Below, piece by piece: positions 1-12,199 of a stretch of 64,000 bases of DNA. This DNA comes from Psammoneis japonica (taxonomy: Eukaryota): contig QPGO01000010.1 in NCBI GenBank assembly GCA_008632985.1, forward strand, positions 496,001 through 560,000. The letters run 5' to 3'. The translations under genes and the position numbers were made by a program. Numbering within the stretch: position 1 is the stretch's first letter; every line of letters starts with the position of its first letter. The notes beneath the pieces are model-generated. The model was not told the origin of the DNA, did not search any database, and saw only the letters and a list, made by a program, of their open reading frames with translations.

Positions 1-269
1 TTCTTTCGGGGGCTACTGATCGTGTCCTGCTGTGAGTTCTCTATTGACATTGCTTCTCTCGCCCTAGCTGTCGATAGAACTTGATCTAAATACCGCTGCC
101 ATTCGTTGAAGAAGAGTGACAATTGCGCTGGTTTCGTCACCTCCTTGTGCGCACGAAACTCGCTCTTGACATAGGCGTCGCCGAGTTGTCGCATTTCTGG
201 AGGCAAATGCTTGGCATGAGCTCGTAGCAACGATCGATACAGTGATAACACTTCTGTGCGTCCCTTCAT
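1..269 (-). CDS. SDHAF3: Succinate dehydrogenase assembly factor 3 (ACN9/LYR-motif protein), 3' end runs off the window
   Basis: Manual translation from ATG at 269: MKGRTEVLSLYRSLLRAHAKHLPPEMRQLGDAYVKSEFRAHK...; LYR..LRAH..LP..MR.LGD.YVK.EFR.HK is the ACN9/SDHAF3 signature. No stop before position 1, which explains its absence from the ORF track. Confidence 0.88.
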   Translation of the reverse strand, partial: MKGRTEVLSLYRSLLRAHAKHLPPEMRQLGDAYVKSEFRAHKEVTKPAQLSLFFNEWQRYLDQVLSTARAREAMSIENSQQDTISSPRK

Positions 270-470
270 TTCCGCCTGTTGCGTCGGTGTCGGGCGCCTG
301 ACTCAATGCTTAGAGAGAACGCCGCCATTGGCCATTTGGCGGAAAGCTAAAAGCTAATTACAAAGGATGTTTGTTTGTCTGAAGAATTGGCGTCTGCAGT
401 GTGGCCAGCTTCCTTGGCCGGTGGGAATAGAGCAGAGGGCACCACTGGATAGAGTGAAGCTCTTTGGACT

Positions 471-790
471 GTTGTTTCAACACCTGCCTGTTGAGTGTTT
501 TGTTGCATCCGGGAGATGGACGCCGGCTCTCTCAATGCCCACCAATGTGGGTGACCGATGGCTTCAACACTCTGTTTTTGAGTGTGTGCACAGGGAGACA
601 GACCATTTCAATGTCTCTCAAACATGCACCCCGGTGGGTGGATGGTTTCAACACCCATCCCCCCCCCCCCTCCCCCAGGAGGACGTGGGGATGGCTTCAA
701 ACCCTGTTGCGTGCACATGCCAGGGGATCAGTGGTTTTTCAACACATGTGTCAAACATGTGCCCCAGGGGACAGACAGCTTCAGCACCTG
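471..790 (+). repeat. Degenerate ~40-45 bp minisatellite, core GGAYRGYTTCAACACC (cluster 1)
   Basis: Core copies near 471, 558, 640, 690, 731, 775. Confidence 0.7.
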
Positions 791-949
791 CACTGAGTGT
801 GTGTGTTGAACCAACAAGACAATGTTGCCAAAAGGGAACCCTTTGAGGTTTCCTGTGCCACTCGTCACACTTGTCCTGGTTGCTCCTGTGGTCTGCGGCA
901 GCCATGGTTTGCCTGGAAGTCCTTGACAAACTTCAATCTTGCAGTGCAA

Positions 950-2430
950 AAGCTGCCTGCTGACACCACAGTGCAATTTGTGCAAACCAGATGATTCACT
1001 CCAAAGAGTGAGAAAAAAAAGGTTGGTGAGATTGGCGATGAATGCACACTCGCTGGTCCGGTGTTGCCAAATCCACCATGTCAGGATCCAAAGCATCTTC
1101 TCTTCAACATTTCCACTTCTGGGTTTTTTGCATTTCCTGCTCATTCTAGATGCTCCAACAACACACTCCTTCCACTTGGGTCAATGTTCAGAACACTTGT
1201 TCATGACACACAGGGGAAGGCCCCTCAGGCATCCACACACAGTGGGTCTGCTGGCCCAATCTTCTTGAAAGTTGCTGTTGCGATTCACATTGGAACATTG
1301 CCAGTTGGCATGTCACTCTTCATTGGCAAAATCCAACATCTCATTGAGTGCATCCATTGTGCCTTGTGTGCACTCCATGAACTTGCCAATGCAGGCACAG
1401 CAATTCTGCTCCACCAAGTTCATCATGTGAGGACCAACCAACCACCAGCTCATGATCTCCAACCATTGACCACTTCAGGATCTGACACAAAGAACCCCAT
1501 GCTGTGACAAGCCCACTTGTCCGGGGTCTTGCCTTGTTGATGTTGCAATCAACAACAGTGCTGGCTTCAGCATGCAGAAGTCAAGTCCATTCTTGTCTCA
1601 CACCTTTCGCAATGGACCTTGCCACACTCATCATCTCTCAGACTGTGCATCATGAGCGGGCCACAAACCCCCTCATCATCCATGCCATGTGCAGGACAGC
1701 TGATCATTGGCATGTCCGTCAGTGCTGCAAGAACATCTTGTCTGTCCAGTGTGAGTTGAAGATTCCCATTCCTGGATCTGGCAATTTGTTGGTCCTTCAA
1801 ATTTCTCTCGGGCCTCCCATGTGCCATTGTCAATTTCAGCAACATGTCTTGCCCTGCAACTCAGCATCAAAGCCAATCATTTGCCAGTGCTCGCTGTTCT
1901 TGTGCACATTCATTCTGTGCAGCTCAGCATCTTCTGTCACCATGCTCCCATCAGCATGTGTGGAGAACATCAGTGCTGTGGCAGTGGACACACACTTTGG
2001 CTGACTCAGTGTCCAATTTTTCACAGTGTCATCATGCAACTTTTTCATGGTGCTTTGTCCTGGCTTCTGCAATTCTGTCCATGTTGGTTCAAGTGTCTCA
2101 ATCTCCACATGTTCCACATTGGGGCCAATCATGTCATTCCTTTCATCTGAGTTGATCATCAATTGGCGCAAATTCACAGTGTCCTGTTGCAAGTGTGTGT
2201 CGACAGTCAGCAATGTCCTGTTGCTCATGAGCCATTGCATGAGTTCTTCTCTTGCATGTGGAAACTGCACTCCTGTCATCACCTTCCTGCTCTGTTGTGG
2301 GATGATGTCCAGCCCACTCATCACCTCGGTCACATGTTGTTCCAGCATGGAATGGTCCAAACTGTTGAACCATGTCTCACAATCACTTGGCCATTTCAAT
2401 GTGATCAGCTCAAATGTTGCCCATTTGCAA
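950..2430 (-). pseudogene. Decayed protein-coding sequence of unknown family
   Basis: Chained minus-strand frames (ORFs 1836-2399 and 1567-1845, plus a frame through ~1500-1000) read as natural protein if C/H are reverted to Y and TGA to CGA, e.g. LVEQNCCACIGKFMECTQG, RPTVCGCLRGLPLCVMNKCSEH. Confidence 0.45.
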
Positions 2431-2562
2431 TGACAATGTTCTCATCTACATTCATTGCTTGTTGACACAACCAACATGATGTGCACTGCTCTCAAGGCTC
2501 CTGTCCTTGCATCACATTCACACTGAGCATTGAAACTTTCATGGATCTTTCACCCACATGCA

Positions 2563-5500
2563 TCAGAACTCTCGTGCTTTTGTTTGACAGCCCACAGTGG
2601 CATGTTTAAACTTTTGGAACTTCTTGCCCTGTGATGGCTTTGTCATGAAGTCTCCCAGCATGTTGTTGATGGGACAATGCTGTGCTTGTAAGTTGCTCTT
2701 CTTGATCTGATTGTCAACAAGAAGTGTCAAACATTGAGTGCTCGTGACTGCTTGCCAGCACTCTTGTGTGCCCATCAGTTTCCAGCATGATGGCACTCTT
2801 GCTGTCCTGGTGCAAGACATTGTTGTCAATTGGATGCCCTTGGTGCTCCATGAACAGCTTCATCCACAGTGTCATGGTCATGGCATCATTGACTCCAACA
2901 AGCTCAGCTTCTGTGCTGCTGCGGGTGTTGAGCTTCCTGGTGCTTTGAGATGGCCTTCACTGCTCCTTTGCCAGCTGTCACAACTCCTCCTGTGTGGCTC
3001 TTGAAATCTGGATGTGCTGCAAAAAACAATGCACCCACATGCCACTTGATGACTTGGAGGTCCATCACACCTCACACTTGATGCAGCAGCAGTGACTTTG
3101 TTTCTTGTCTGGTGGCTCACATGCTTGAGACAATGGACCAGCTTCTCCCAATCCTTGTTGGTGGGAGCTCTGGCTTGCATGCATGATGTGGCAGATGTGT
3201 GTCCATTTGGCCTCTCTTGGACAGGAGCAGTCCCTTGGCCACCCATGTGCGGAAGGTCTGAGCCTTCATGTCTGACAATCTTGTGCTGTCGGAGTCAGAT
3301 GTCTGCTCTCTGTCTGCTGGTGTCACAGCAAAATCCACACTCGTCAACTTTTCCAGAATTTTGATTGATCATCTTGCAAGCACAGTCTGCCATGTTGACT
3401 TTCACTTTGCCCTTCTGGCTGAAGTCCTGGGTCACACCAAGACAGTCATGTCTCTTCCCCTGCACAGCAATGACTTCACCATGGCTGCCATGCTGCATCT
3501 TGTTTAGCCAGCTCAGGAACTTGTCATTTGCTTTTAGGTCATTGTGGCTCAACAACCAGTCATCCACATGGAACCAAATCATGCGCTGCTTGCGGTTGAC
3601 TGTTTGACTGGCATTGCATGGATTGCATGGGTTGAACTTAAAGCCTGTCTTTTTCAAGTCTTTCCAAATTGATTGTGCTGCAGCAGAGCAGCGGTCAGCA
3701 TGCCGGAGATGGCTCTGATGAGTCAGATGCAGAGGACTCTCTTGCCTTTCTCTGGGACCACACCATGAGGTCCGCATGGGGTTGGATTGATGCTCACTGG
3801 CATGTCCACCAGCACTCCTGCAATCTTCATCACAATCCTGTCTTTGCCTTCTCCAGGCTCTGGCATCATTGTCTGCACAAATGCACACGGAACATCGGTG
3901 CTCATTTCATTGCAGCTTTCATGGGCATCAACAATCACCATCATCAATGTCCCCTCAAGGGATGAAGTGGGGCTGGCTGACTCATCTTTGTCTGGTCATT
4001 TTTGGGTTGGGTTGTCATTGCAGACCATTCACCCTTTTGTGCAGCCATCTCATTTTTTGGTGAGGAACATCAAGGCTGCCATGGGCTTGGTCCTTTCAGC
4101 CAGAGTCATGTTCTTGGCTGATGCTGGTGCAAAGCACACTTGGTCATGCAACTTCTGCTTGATTTCTTTCTCTGAGGCATTGCGCCCCTTCTGGCCAAAT
4201 GCTTTGAGGCCTTTGTGGAGCAAATGTTGTTGGGCAAAACATGCACCCTCTCCACTTTGGAGTCGGTCATCAATCTCACATGAAGTGTGCAAGCAACATT
4301 GCTGTCTCCACTTTGTGCACAATGTTGCCCTTTGGTGCTTGAGCTTGTGTTGCTCCCTTGCCACTTTTCTGGCTTCTGCCACTCCTGCAAATCAAACTTT
4401 GTTCTTGTCTTTGTGTCCATGTGACTTCACCTTGAATGGTGCTTCACTTCTTGTGACTCTGCTTGGCGCAGCTCTTGTTTCTTCCTCCAATCATTTGCAA
4501 CCCCCATCTTGTGTCTTCCTGGGGTTCTTCATCTTGTTTGGACTCTTCACTCTCACAGTGTTCATCATCATCTGGGTCTTCTTCTACCTTGTGCTCTTCT
4601 TGAGCTTTGTGCTGTTGATTGGGGCTGGACCTTTCATTGGCTGACACATCATCAGCTTCTTCATGTTCATCATCTGAGTCAGGTGTGTGTCTTTGCAGTC
4701 TTCAACTTCTGACTTGGTTGGTGGTGCAGTTTTATCATCATTTTTGCTTCCTTTGCTTTCATCATCCCTGTTGCTGTCGCTTTTATTTTTGTCATTGTTT
4801 GCTCCTGCAGTCCAATCAGCATCACGCAAATTGTCTCTGTGCTTTCCTGTGAACTTGAATTCCTTGATGCCTTGTTGGATGGCCACATCCCTGACAGCTG
4901 TGACATGTGTGTTGGTCAAGGATGTGGAGGTGCACACTTGCAGGGATTCAACAGCTTGCCCATGTGCAGGTTCATGGCACAGTGTCCACCCCTGGGCAAA
5001 TTAAAATGTGGTCACAGGCAAATGCTGTCAATGCTGCACACTTCCATGGGGTTTGTCTTGTTGTTTGTGATGTGGGAAATGACAAGTTTCCCAAACTTGA
5101 GCTGGACATGTTTGTTGCAGCCAAGGTTTCTTTGTTGCACAGCAGTGTGCTGTGGACTGCAAGTGTCAGAGTGAAATCCTTTCTTTTTGCAGGTGCACAT
5201 TCAACATGACAGGAGTGTTCTTGATCATGGCTTGCTTGCACATCAACTCAGGTGTCATCTTGTGTGGCATGTGATGTGCAGTGGCTCTGGTTTGCTCCTT
5301 GATGGTCTGAGTGCTTTGCTCATTTTTGGGAAGATGGTCCTTGGCATTCGTGGATGCAAGTTCTAGATTCATGCCATCAGCAACTTCTGCCAGCATGTCT
5401 TTGAACTCAGGATCACACCCAATGAAGTCAATCTTAAATGAGGCCATGTTGCGCTGTCAGAGAATCATGTCCAAGGCTTTGCAAATGTGTTTGTGCTTCT

Positions 5501-7350
5501 TGGACTTTCACCTCACACTTGATTGATGCTTGATTCTTGTCTTGTCAACTGCACGGGCATCTTGACACTGCATGCTTCCACAATGTCAATGCAGAGGGCA
5601 GAGGGCTGCACCTTCTTTCTGCTTGTTGTAGATTTCAGGTGGAGCTGCAACAGTGATGTTCCTCTTGCAGGAATGGTGTGCATGCTTGGTCTTGTCTTTC
5701 AGTGTGTTCATGTCACCACATCCTGGCACAGTGCAGTCTCCATCCAAAGTGTCCACTCCTGCATTGGTGGACAGAGATCAATCTTGTTCCTTGCCAGTTC
5801 TTGCACTTTGTGCACCAGTTTCTGGCTTGCTGTCATGATGCTGAGGGCAGAACCATCATCAAGGATGATCTCATCTGACTTGATGCCAACATTGGCTGGG
5901 ATCAACCTCATCTCTGGCCTGTCTTTGGCCTGTTCAACTGCTTGGAACCCATGCCACAAAATGTTTCTCTTGCTCTTGCTGGAGTGTGATGACTGACTTG
6001 ACCTGTGGGTGTCTGTGCCAGCATTGATGCTGCTCACTGACAAAGTCTGACAGTCTTCTTTTCTCATCTGTGCATGACTCTGTCCCCTGGTGTCAAGTTT
6101 CCTCCCTGCTGGTGTTCTTGCACCAGTCTTTCTGTGGGATCTCATCCTCACATTTGCAGTGTGAGGACTTGTGGTTTGCTCACCACAGCAATGGCACACC
6201 ACAGCACCATGTTTGCCACTCTGGGCATGCTGACTTTGGTCTTGCAGGTTCTTGGACTTGTCATTGGTCTCATCTCCATTCTTGTCTCTGGGACAACCAT
6301 CATGCTTCTTGCTGCATTGCTTGCATGGATTGATGTCTCCCTTGGGTGGTTCAGCAACACATCCAGCATTGCCTTCTTGAGAGTCTTTGGGTGTGAGTCA
6401 CTTCCTGGGTTGCAATCTCTCATGAGGCTCCTCTCTTGAGGTTCTTGTGGAAATGGTCATCACTGTTTTCCACTGACATGCATGCAGTCCATGTCTTGCA
6501 TGCAGCATCTTTCAGCGCCTGCTGCACTGCTTTTGTTTCTGCCACTGTGCCAGTGCAGTCCTTGCACTCCTTGGCATTCTTGACAAAACCATCCAGCATC
6601 CCACTGTGGAGAACATTGCTTGCAGCATCTCATTGATTCTTAAATCTTGACAGGCAGTCATTCAGAGTGACTGGTTCTTTGTTGTTGCACATCCAGCACA
6701 TGCTTCAGAGACTTGGCAAGTGCACGGAATGGGTGTCAACCTCTCATGGAGTCAAATGTCAGTGACTGGATCAGCTTCAACAGCTCAATCAGGTCATCTC
6801 TGATTTTCTCACAACTGGGTTCAGCTGGCACTCTCTGATTCACAAGCTTGGCAAAGCAATCATCCAGGATCACTGAAAATGCAGCAGTCTTGTTTTCCTC
6901 AAGCTTCCTCACTTTCTCATTGCAGCAGTGAAATGCAGCCTTGTGCTGATGTTCCAGCTCTTTTTCTTCTTGTGATCTTTTGTCTGCCATCTCCTGGTGG
7001 TCTGAGGCATCTGCCTTTGGCATTGCCATCTTTGGTGAGCCCAGAGTGAGTTTCACATCATCAGATCTCTTGTGCTTCATGATGTCCGTTGACCTTGCCT
7101 CAGGTGAACACCCTGCTTGACCACATTTCTTTTGCACGTGGTTGATGACATTCATCTTGACATCCTTGCATGTTGCATTCCATGAGTCAATGTTCATCAA
7201 TGATGGACAAAACTTCATCTCTGGCTTCTTAAACCTCTTCTTTGGGCCAGTCTTCTTGTTCTTGTTGTAGGAAAACTTTTGGCCTCTGCCACCTCTGCCT
7301 TGGTCATGTCCTCAGCCTTCACCACTCATCCCACCTCCTCCTCTGCCACT
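2563..7350 (-). mobile_element. Ty1/Copia LTR retrotransposon internal region (gag-PR-IN-RT-RNaseH), degenerate; no LTR pair recognised
   Basis: Minus-strand order: gag (ORF 6736-7218), zinc knuckle CHCCG (~6190), protease IILDDGS (~5860), integrase CDPEF...PKNEQSTQTIKE (~5300-5420), RT STDVPCAFVQT, FNPCNPC, WFHVDD, KRHDCLG, RNase H end HCPINNMLGDFMTKPSQGKKF. Integrase upstream of RT is the Copia order. Many stops and frameshifts. Confidence 0.9.
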
Positions 7351-7439
7351 CACAATGCAGCTTTCCTGTGTCAGATGATCAAATGGAGGTTGGCACCACA
7401 TGCACCAAACACAGTGCTTCTGACTCATTTATGCACTCT

Positions 7440-7520
7440 GGGAGAAGGGCAGCTTCAACACCTGTTCAATGCACACCCCATGGGACAGATGGTTTCAAAC
7501 TCATCAAATGCACACCCCAG
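7440..7520 (+). repeat. Minisatellite cluster 2 (same TTCAACACC core)
   Basis: ggcagcttcaacacct (~7449) and gatggtttcaaactc (~7488), each followed by a TGCACACCCC-like tail. Confidence 0.55.
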
Positions 7521-9100
7521 CATCTGCAGCATGTTTTGCTCTTGATGAGAAGATCAGTTGACAAGAAAAAAATTTGCACCTGTGGCTGCATTCTCCACAC
7601 AAGCATTGCAATTTTTCAAGAATTGACCAACAAGGTGGTCATGGCAACTGCAACTCTGAACAATGTTTTGATGCTGCTTCATTTTGAGTCACAAATCTGG
7701 AGTTGCCAAAGCCATCATTTAGGCTGACACAGTCAATTTTTCCAACAACAGTGGTCACAGGTTTGCAGTGTTTTTGTCATTTGTGGTGCAGTGATGCCTC
7801 ATTCAGAGCTGACCCATTTGTTTGGGAGAGCTTCAATTTGATTGCCCACTGCATGTTGCATGTTTTTCAGTGCTCCTGCCATGTTTGTCTCTTTGTTGCA
7901 TCCTGCACTGCACAACTCAGCCACCAATCTGGTGTTGTTTGCATGACACCAATGGCACACCCCTTTTGCGACCCAATGTGTCCCCTCATCACATGTTTGA
8001 CAACAATGAGAAAAGGCTCTCCTTTCAATGTGAATGTCTCATTGAACCAACCCCCTGTTCACAGACAATGCCATTACAAGCTTGAGTCCTTTCCTTCTGC
8101 CCAATGTCAATTTGCACTCCAGAGCCCAACTCACAATGTCAACCAATCACTGCAATGTTTGTGCCATCATTTGATCCTGGTCATCATGCTCATGCTTCCT
8201 GTTGCCACAATGCTCATCAACCAGAATTTGACTTTGTTTCACACCATCACAATTTGACAAATTCCAACATCAACCCAGATTGCAGTGTGGATCAATCTGC
8301 ACTTCATTCAGCACCACTTTGTGAAGCTGTTGACAGACAACAAACAATGCTGCAAAACCTTTTTGGGGTGCCAAGTCATCAGGGCCAACATGGCTGCAAT
8401 TTGATTTTGTGGATTGTTGTGGTCTGTGTTTTGCACACTGTTTTAGCTGCTGTGGCAGTTCATTTCTGCTGGCCAGCACCAAATCATGTTCTCTGTCTGT
8501 GCATGTCTTCCTTCTTTCTCTGTGAATGCAGCAGTTCTCATCTCTTGAAGAAGATTGCACAGGGTCATTTGGATGCCTTGTTGGAGAGAAAGATGAGCAT
8601 TCTCCGTGCACCCAACTCCAGGACCCAGACTGCATGGGTGGCAGTTGCAAGCACCAAGGCTTTGGTGACAGAAAACTCATTTGACATGTTGAGACTTTGT
8701 GCATGGGTCTTCATCATCAACCAGATTGGCCACAAAGACTTCTCACTTGCTGACTCCTCACAGCAGGAAAGCTTGACAAGGCTGCAAGCCTCCACAAAAT
8801 GTGCATGGCATGCAACCAATGAAGCTCAGGGCCAACCCCACATTTCTGACTCACATCCCAACCAATCCTCTTGCTAGATCCATTCTTGCTTGAACTTGAG
8901 ATCAGGATGAAATGGCTTGCCCATGCATCACAGTTCTTCATCACTTCCAACAAAGAGAAACATGTTTAAAAAATGCTGCCACAAACTTCTCCATTCTCCT
9001 CAAGATGTTTTGCAGTCTCTGGCATTCCCCATGCATTTCTTTTGGAAGTTTTGTGCACCTGCTGCCACTCAGCAATCAAACCTTTGAACTGGTCACTCTG
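7500..9100 (-). pseudogene. Decayed protein-coding sequence of unknown family
   Basis: One minus-strand frame over 8280-7500 (IWVDVGICQIVMV*NKVKFWLMS...TGGWFNETFTLKGEPFLIVVKHVMRG...) is interrupted almost only by TGA, as expected from CGA->TGA decay. Confidence 0.4.
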
Positions 9101-9119
9101 GCGGAGTTTAGAAATTCGA

Positions 9120-10460
9120 GTCTGGCTTGCTGCTGTTGTTGGGGACAAGGCAAGATGGGGCCACAGTGCCACAAGATCAACCTTGCAATGCTCAACCACA
9201 GTTCTTAAAGTCTCTCTCCTGGGGCCCACCAGATGCTGCCAGCACCCTCATCCTGCAGTTGTCAGGTTTGGTGGCACTGTCATGGTGGGGTCCTTTCACT
9301 CCAGAGTTCTCAGGAAAGTCAAGTCTCTGTTGCTGCAGGGAGAAAGGTCACATGGGGCCACAACACCACAAGATCAACCTTGCAATGCTCAACCACACTT
9401 CTTGGAGTCTCACCCAGGGCCCACCAGACACCACCAGTGTCCTCAACTTGCTGTTGTCAGGTTTGTCAGCACTCCCCCTGCCATGGGGTCTTTTCACTCT
9501 GGAGCTGTGAAAGTGTCACATCTGCTGCTGTGGGGGAAATGTGACATGTGGCCACAAAACCACAAGATGATCAACCTTTCAATGCCCAACCCAACTTCAG
9601 CTTGCTGTTTTCAGGTTTGTTGGTGCCATCATGGGGTCCTTTCACTCTAGAGTTTGAAAACTCAAGTCTGCTGCTGTTGGGAACAAGGTGACATGGGGCC
9701 ACAATGCCACCAGATCAAACCCCAGCAATGCTCAGCCACAGTTCTTGGTCACATCTTGGGTCTGCCAGACACCACCAATGCCCTCAGCTTGCTGTTGAAA
9801 TTGGGTCACAACTCCACAAGATCAACCTTGCAATGCTCAACCACAGCTCTCAAAGTGTCACCTGGGGTCTGCCAGAGACCACAAACACTCTCAGCTTGCA
9901 GTTGTCAGGTTGGTTTGCACCATCATGGATCCTTTCACTCTGGAGTTGGGAAGTTCAAGTTTGCTTCTGTTGCAAACAAGTTGACATGGGGCCACAAGAA
10001 CGCCACAAGATCAACCCTGTCAACAACCAACAAGAGTTCTCAAAATGTCACCTGGGGGGTCTGCCAGATGCTGCCATTGTCCTCAACTTGCAACTGTTGG
10101 GTTGGTTGGTGCCACCATGTGACCCTTTCACTGTAGAGTTGGGAAGTTCAAGCACACAAAACAGGCCTTGCACTGCTCAACCATGGTTGCTGCAGAGTCA
10201 CCTGGGGTTCACAAGAGACCAGAAGTTTGATGTGTGCTTCTGGCAGATGGGACACAACAGGGTGCCACAAATGCTCAACACTGGTCTCACACACTTGCTC
10301 AGTTCAAACCACTGTTCTCAAAGTGTTGCCTGGGGTCTGCCAGAGACCACACCAGTGCCCTCAGCCTGCTGTTGCTTGTTGGGTTGGTTGGTGCCATTGT
10401 GGGGCCTCTTCACTCTGAAGTTGGTGGGAAGCTCAAGCCAGCACCAACTTGCTGGAGACA
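9120..10460 (+). repeat. Degenerate tandem repeat, ~8 units of 100-195 bp
   Basis: Anchor CACAAGATCAACCTTGCAATGCTCAACCAC-like at ~9171, 9368, 9562, 9711, 9816, 10005, 10155 (weaker ~10300), usually followed by CCTGGGG...CCAGA and CCTTTCACTC. Confidence 0.85.
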
Positions 10461-12199
10461 AGGTGACACAAGGGAGTCACACAACAGCCATGACCACATT
10501 GGCACACAGGCAACTGCTTGTTGAGCAGGAGAAGCATTGGCAGGAATTGACACAGCTGCAGTGCTCCATGTCTGTGGGGGCTGCTGCTCTGGCCCTTTGC
10601 TGGCTGGTGCACATTTGGCATGGTGGTGGCTGTGCTGACCCAGTCAAACTCTTGCTTGACCAGCTCCCTGTCTGTGACCACCTGCATGACCAACTCCACA
10701 AACCTTGTCTTGACCCAATGCCTGCAAGGGACAAAAGTTGTTGTGCATGTGCAGATCAGCAGCAAAGATCAGCTGTGCAGCAGCAAACTGCATGGTCTGA
10801 CACAAATGTGTGAAAATTTCATTCTTGACAAGGGCTGATTGAGGTTACAAAAATTGAGACATCAATCTTCTTTGAAAACAAATGTGCAGCGCATCTGGTT
10901 GAAACAATGTCTCAACATCTGACTGCCAAACAAATGAGAGCTCACAAGCAAAACACATCAGCAATGAAGACCAATGTAAAATGACTCATGCAAAAGTTGA
11001 TTCAACCAATTTAAAACTTCAAAAACAAGTGCAACAAAAGGATTTCTAAAAAAATGAGACTGCATGCAAAATGATGCAGGCAATGAGATTGCCAGGCACC
11101 AGCTGGCTTGGCTTGTGGCAAAAAGAGGCGCATCGCTGCCACACAAAACAACAAAAAAAGCACAGGATGCACCCAAGCATCCCACAAACAATGACAACAT
11201 TGCAAGAGGGCACCAACAAAGCCCATGACTCTGGACACACCAACACAAAGAAAGGCCATGGGGAAGGCAAGAGATTGGAAGTGCAGCACGGGAGCAGGCA
11301 GCTTGCAGCAAACAAAACAAACTGATGCTTCCCCTTGCACTTTTTTTGTTTCTTGAAACTCAGACAAGTTGACAAAAATGGCCAAGGACAAGAAGCAAAG
11401 TGCTGCAATGTCACACACAGGTGGGCAGAAACAACAGCATTGTGCCATGCTTGACAAAGAAAATGCACCAAACTGACAACTTCTTTGCTGTCTTCTGCCA
11501 GGGATTGCTCCAATGTGTCTCACAATGAAAAGCCGTCACAAAAACTGACTCTCTTTGAAGCACCGACAAATGAAACATGATGTGTTGCCAGTGCAGCCAA
11601 GAACACCAACAAGATGTGAGACAGACTGTTGTGAGAGGAGACAGTGGGGGAGACAGACAATGGGGCGGCAGCTTGAAGCACAAAAGGAGCAAAGGCAGCA
11701 GAATGAAGGGTGGAACAAGAGCATGCACCAAACATCAATCATTGCCAGGGTGGAAAGAAAATGATGTCATGGTTTGCTGGAAACCAAAACTGCAAAGTGC
11801 GCAGCACCAATTGACAAATGAATGAATCAAATTGTTGGTGTGTTCCAGCCGTCAATGAACAACAACACAATTGATGAGATTGACTTGGGTGCATGTGCAC
11901 AGAAATGAACCATGCATGTTTCATTCATTGTCATTTTCCACTCCACTGGCTTGGCCAACAATCAACACTCCAACACCCACAGTCGTTGCACTGTGGTTGA
12001 CTTTAAAATGAATCTTGTCAAAAGCCCAGCATGCACTGTTTGGAGACCACCAAATTTCCTTTAGCCTGGTTTCCCACTTTGCTGATTTGGTCAATTGTCA
12101 AATCAATTTGTTTGTGATCAGCTTGGTCAGAACACAGGCTTCTTGTCAAGCAAGCTTTAACCGCAAACAAGAGCAATCACATTTTCCAGATGAGGGGAT

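Noticed and set aside
471..790. GTTTCAACACC repeats as a CRISPR array
   Set aside because: Repeats are degenerate, the intervening sequences resemble each other, no cas genes are present, and the context is eukaryotic.
2400..7500. Paired LTRs for the Copia element
   Set aside because: No matching direct repeat found by eye between ~2430-2560 and the region beyond 7350.
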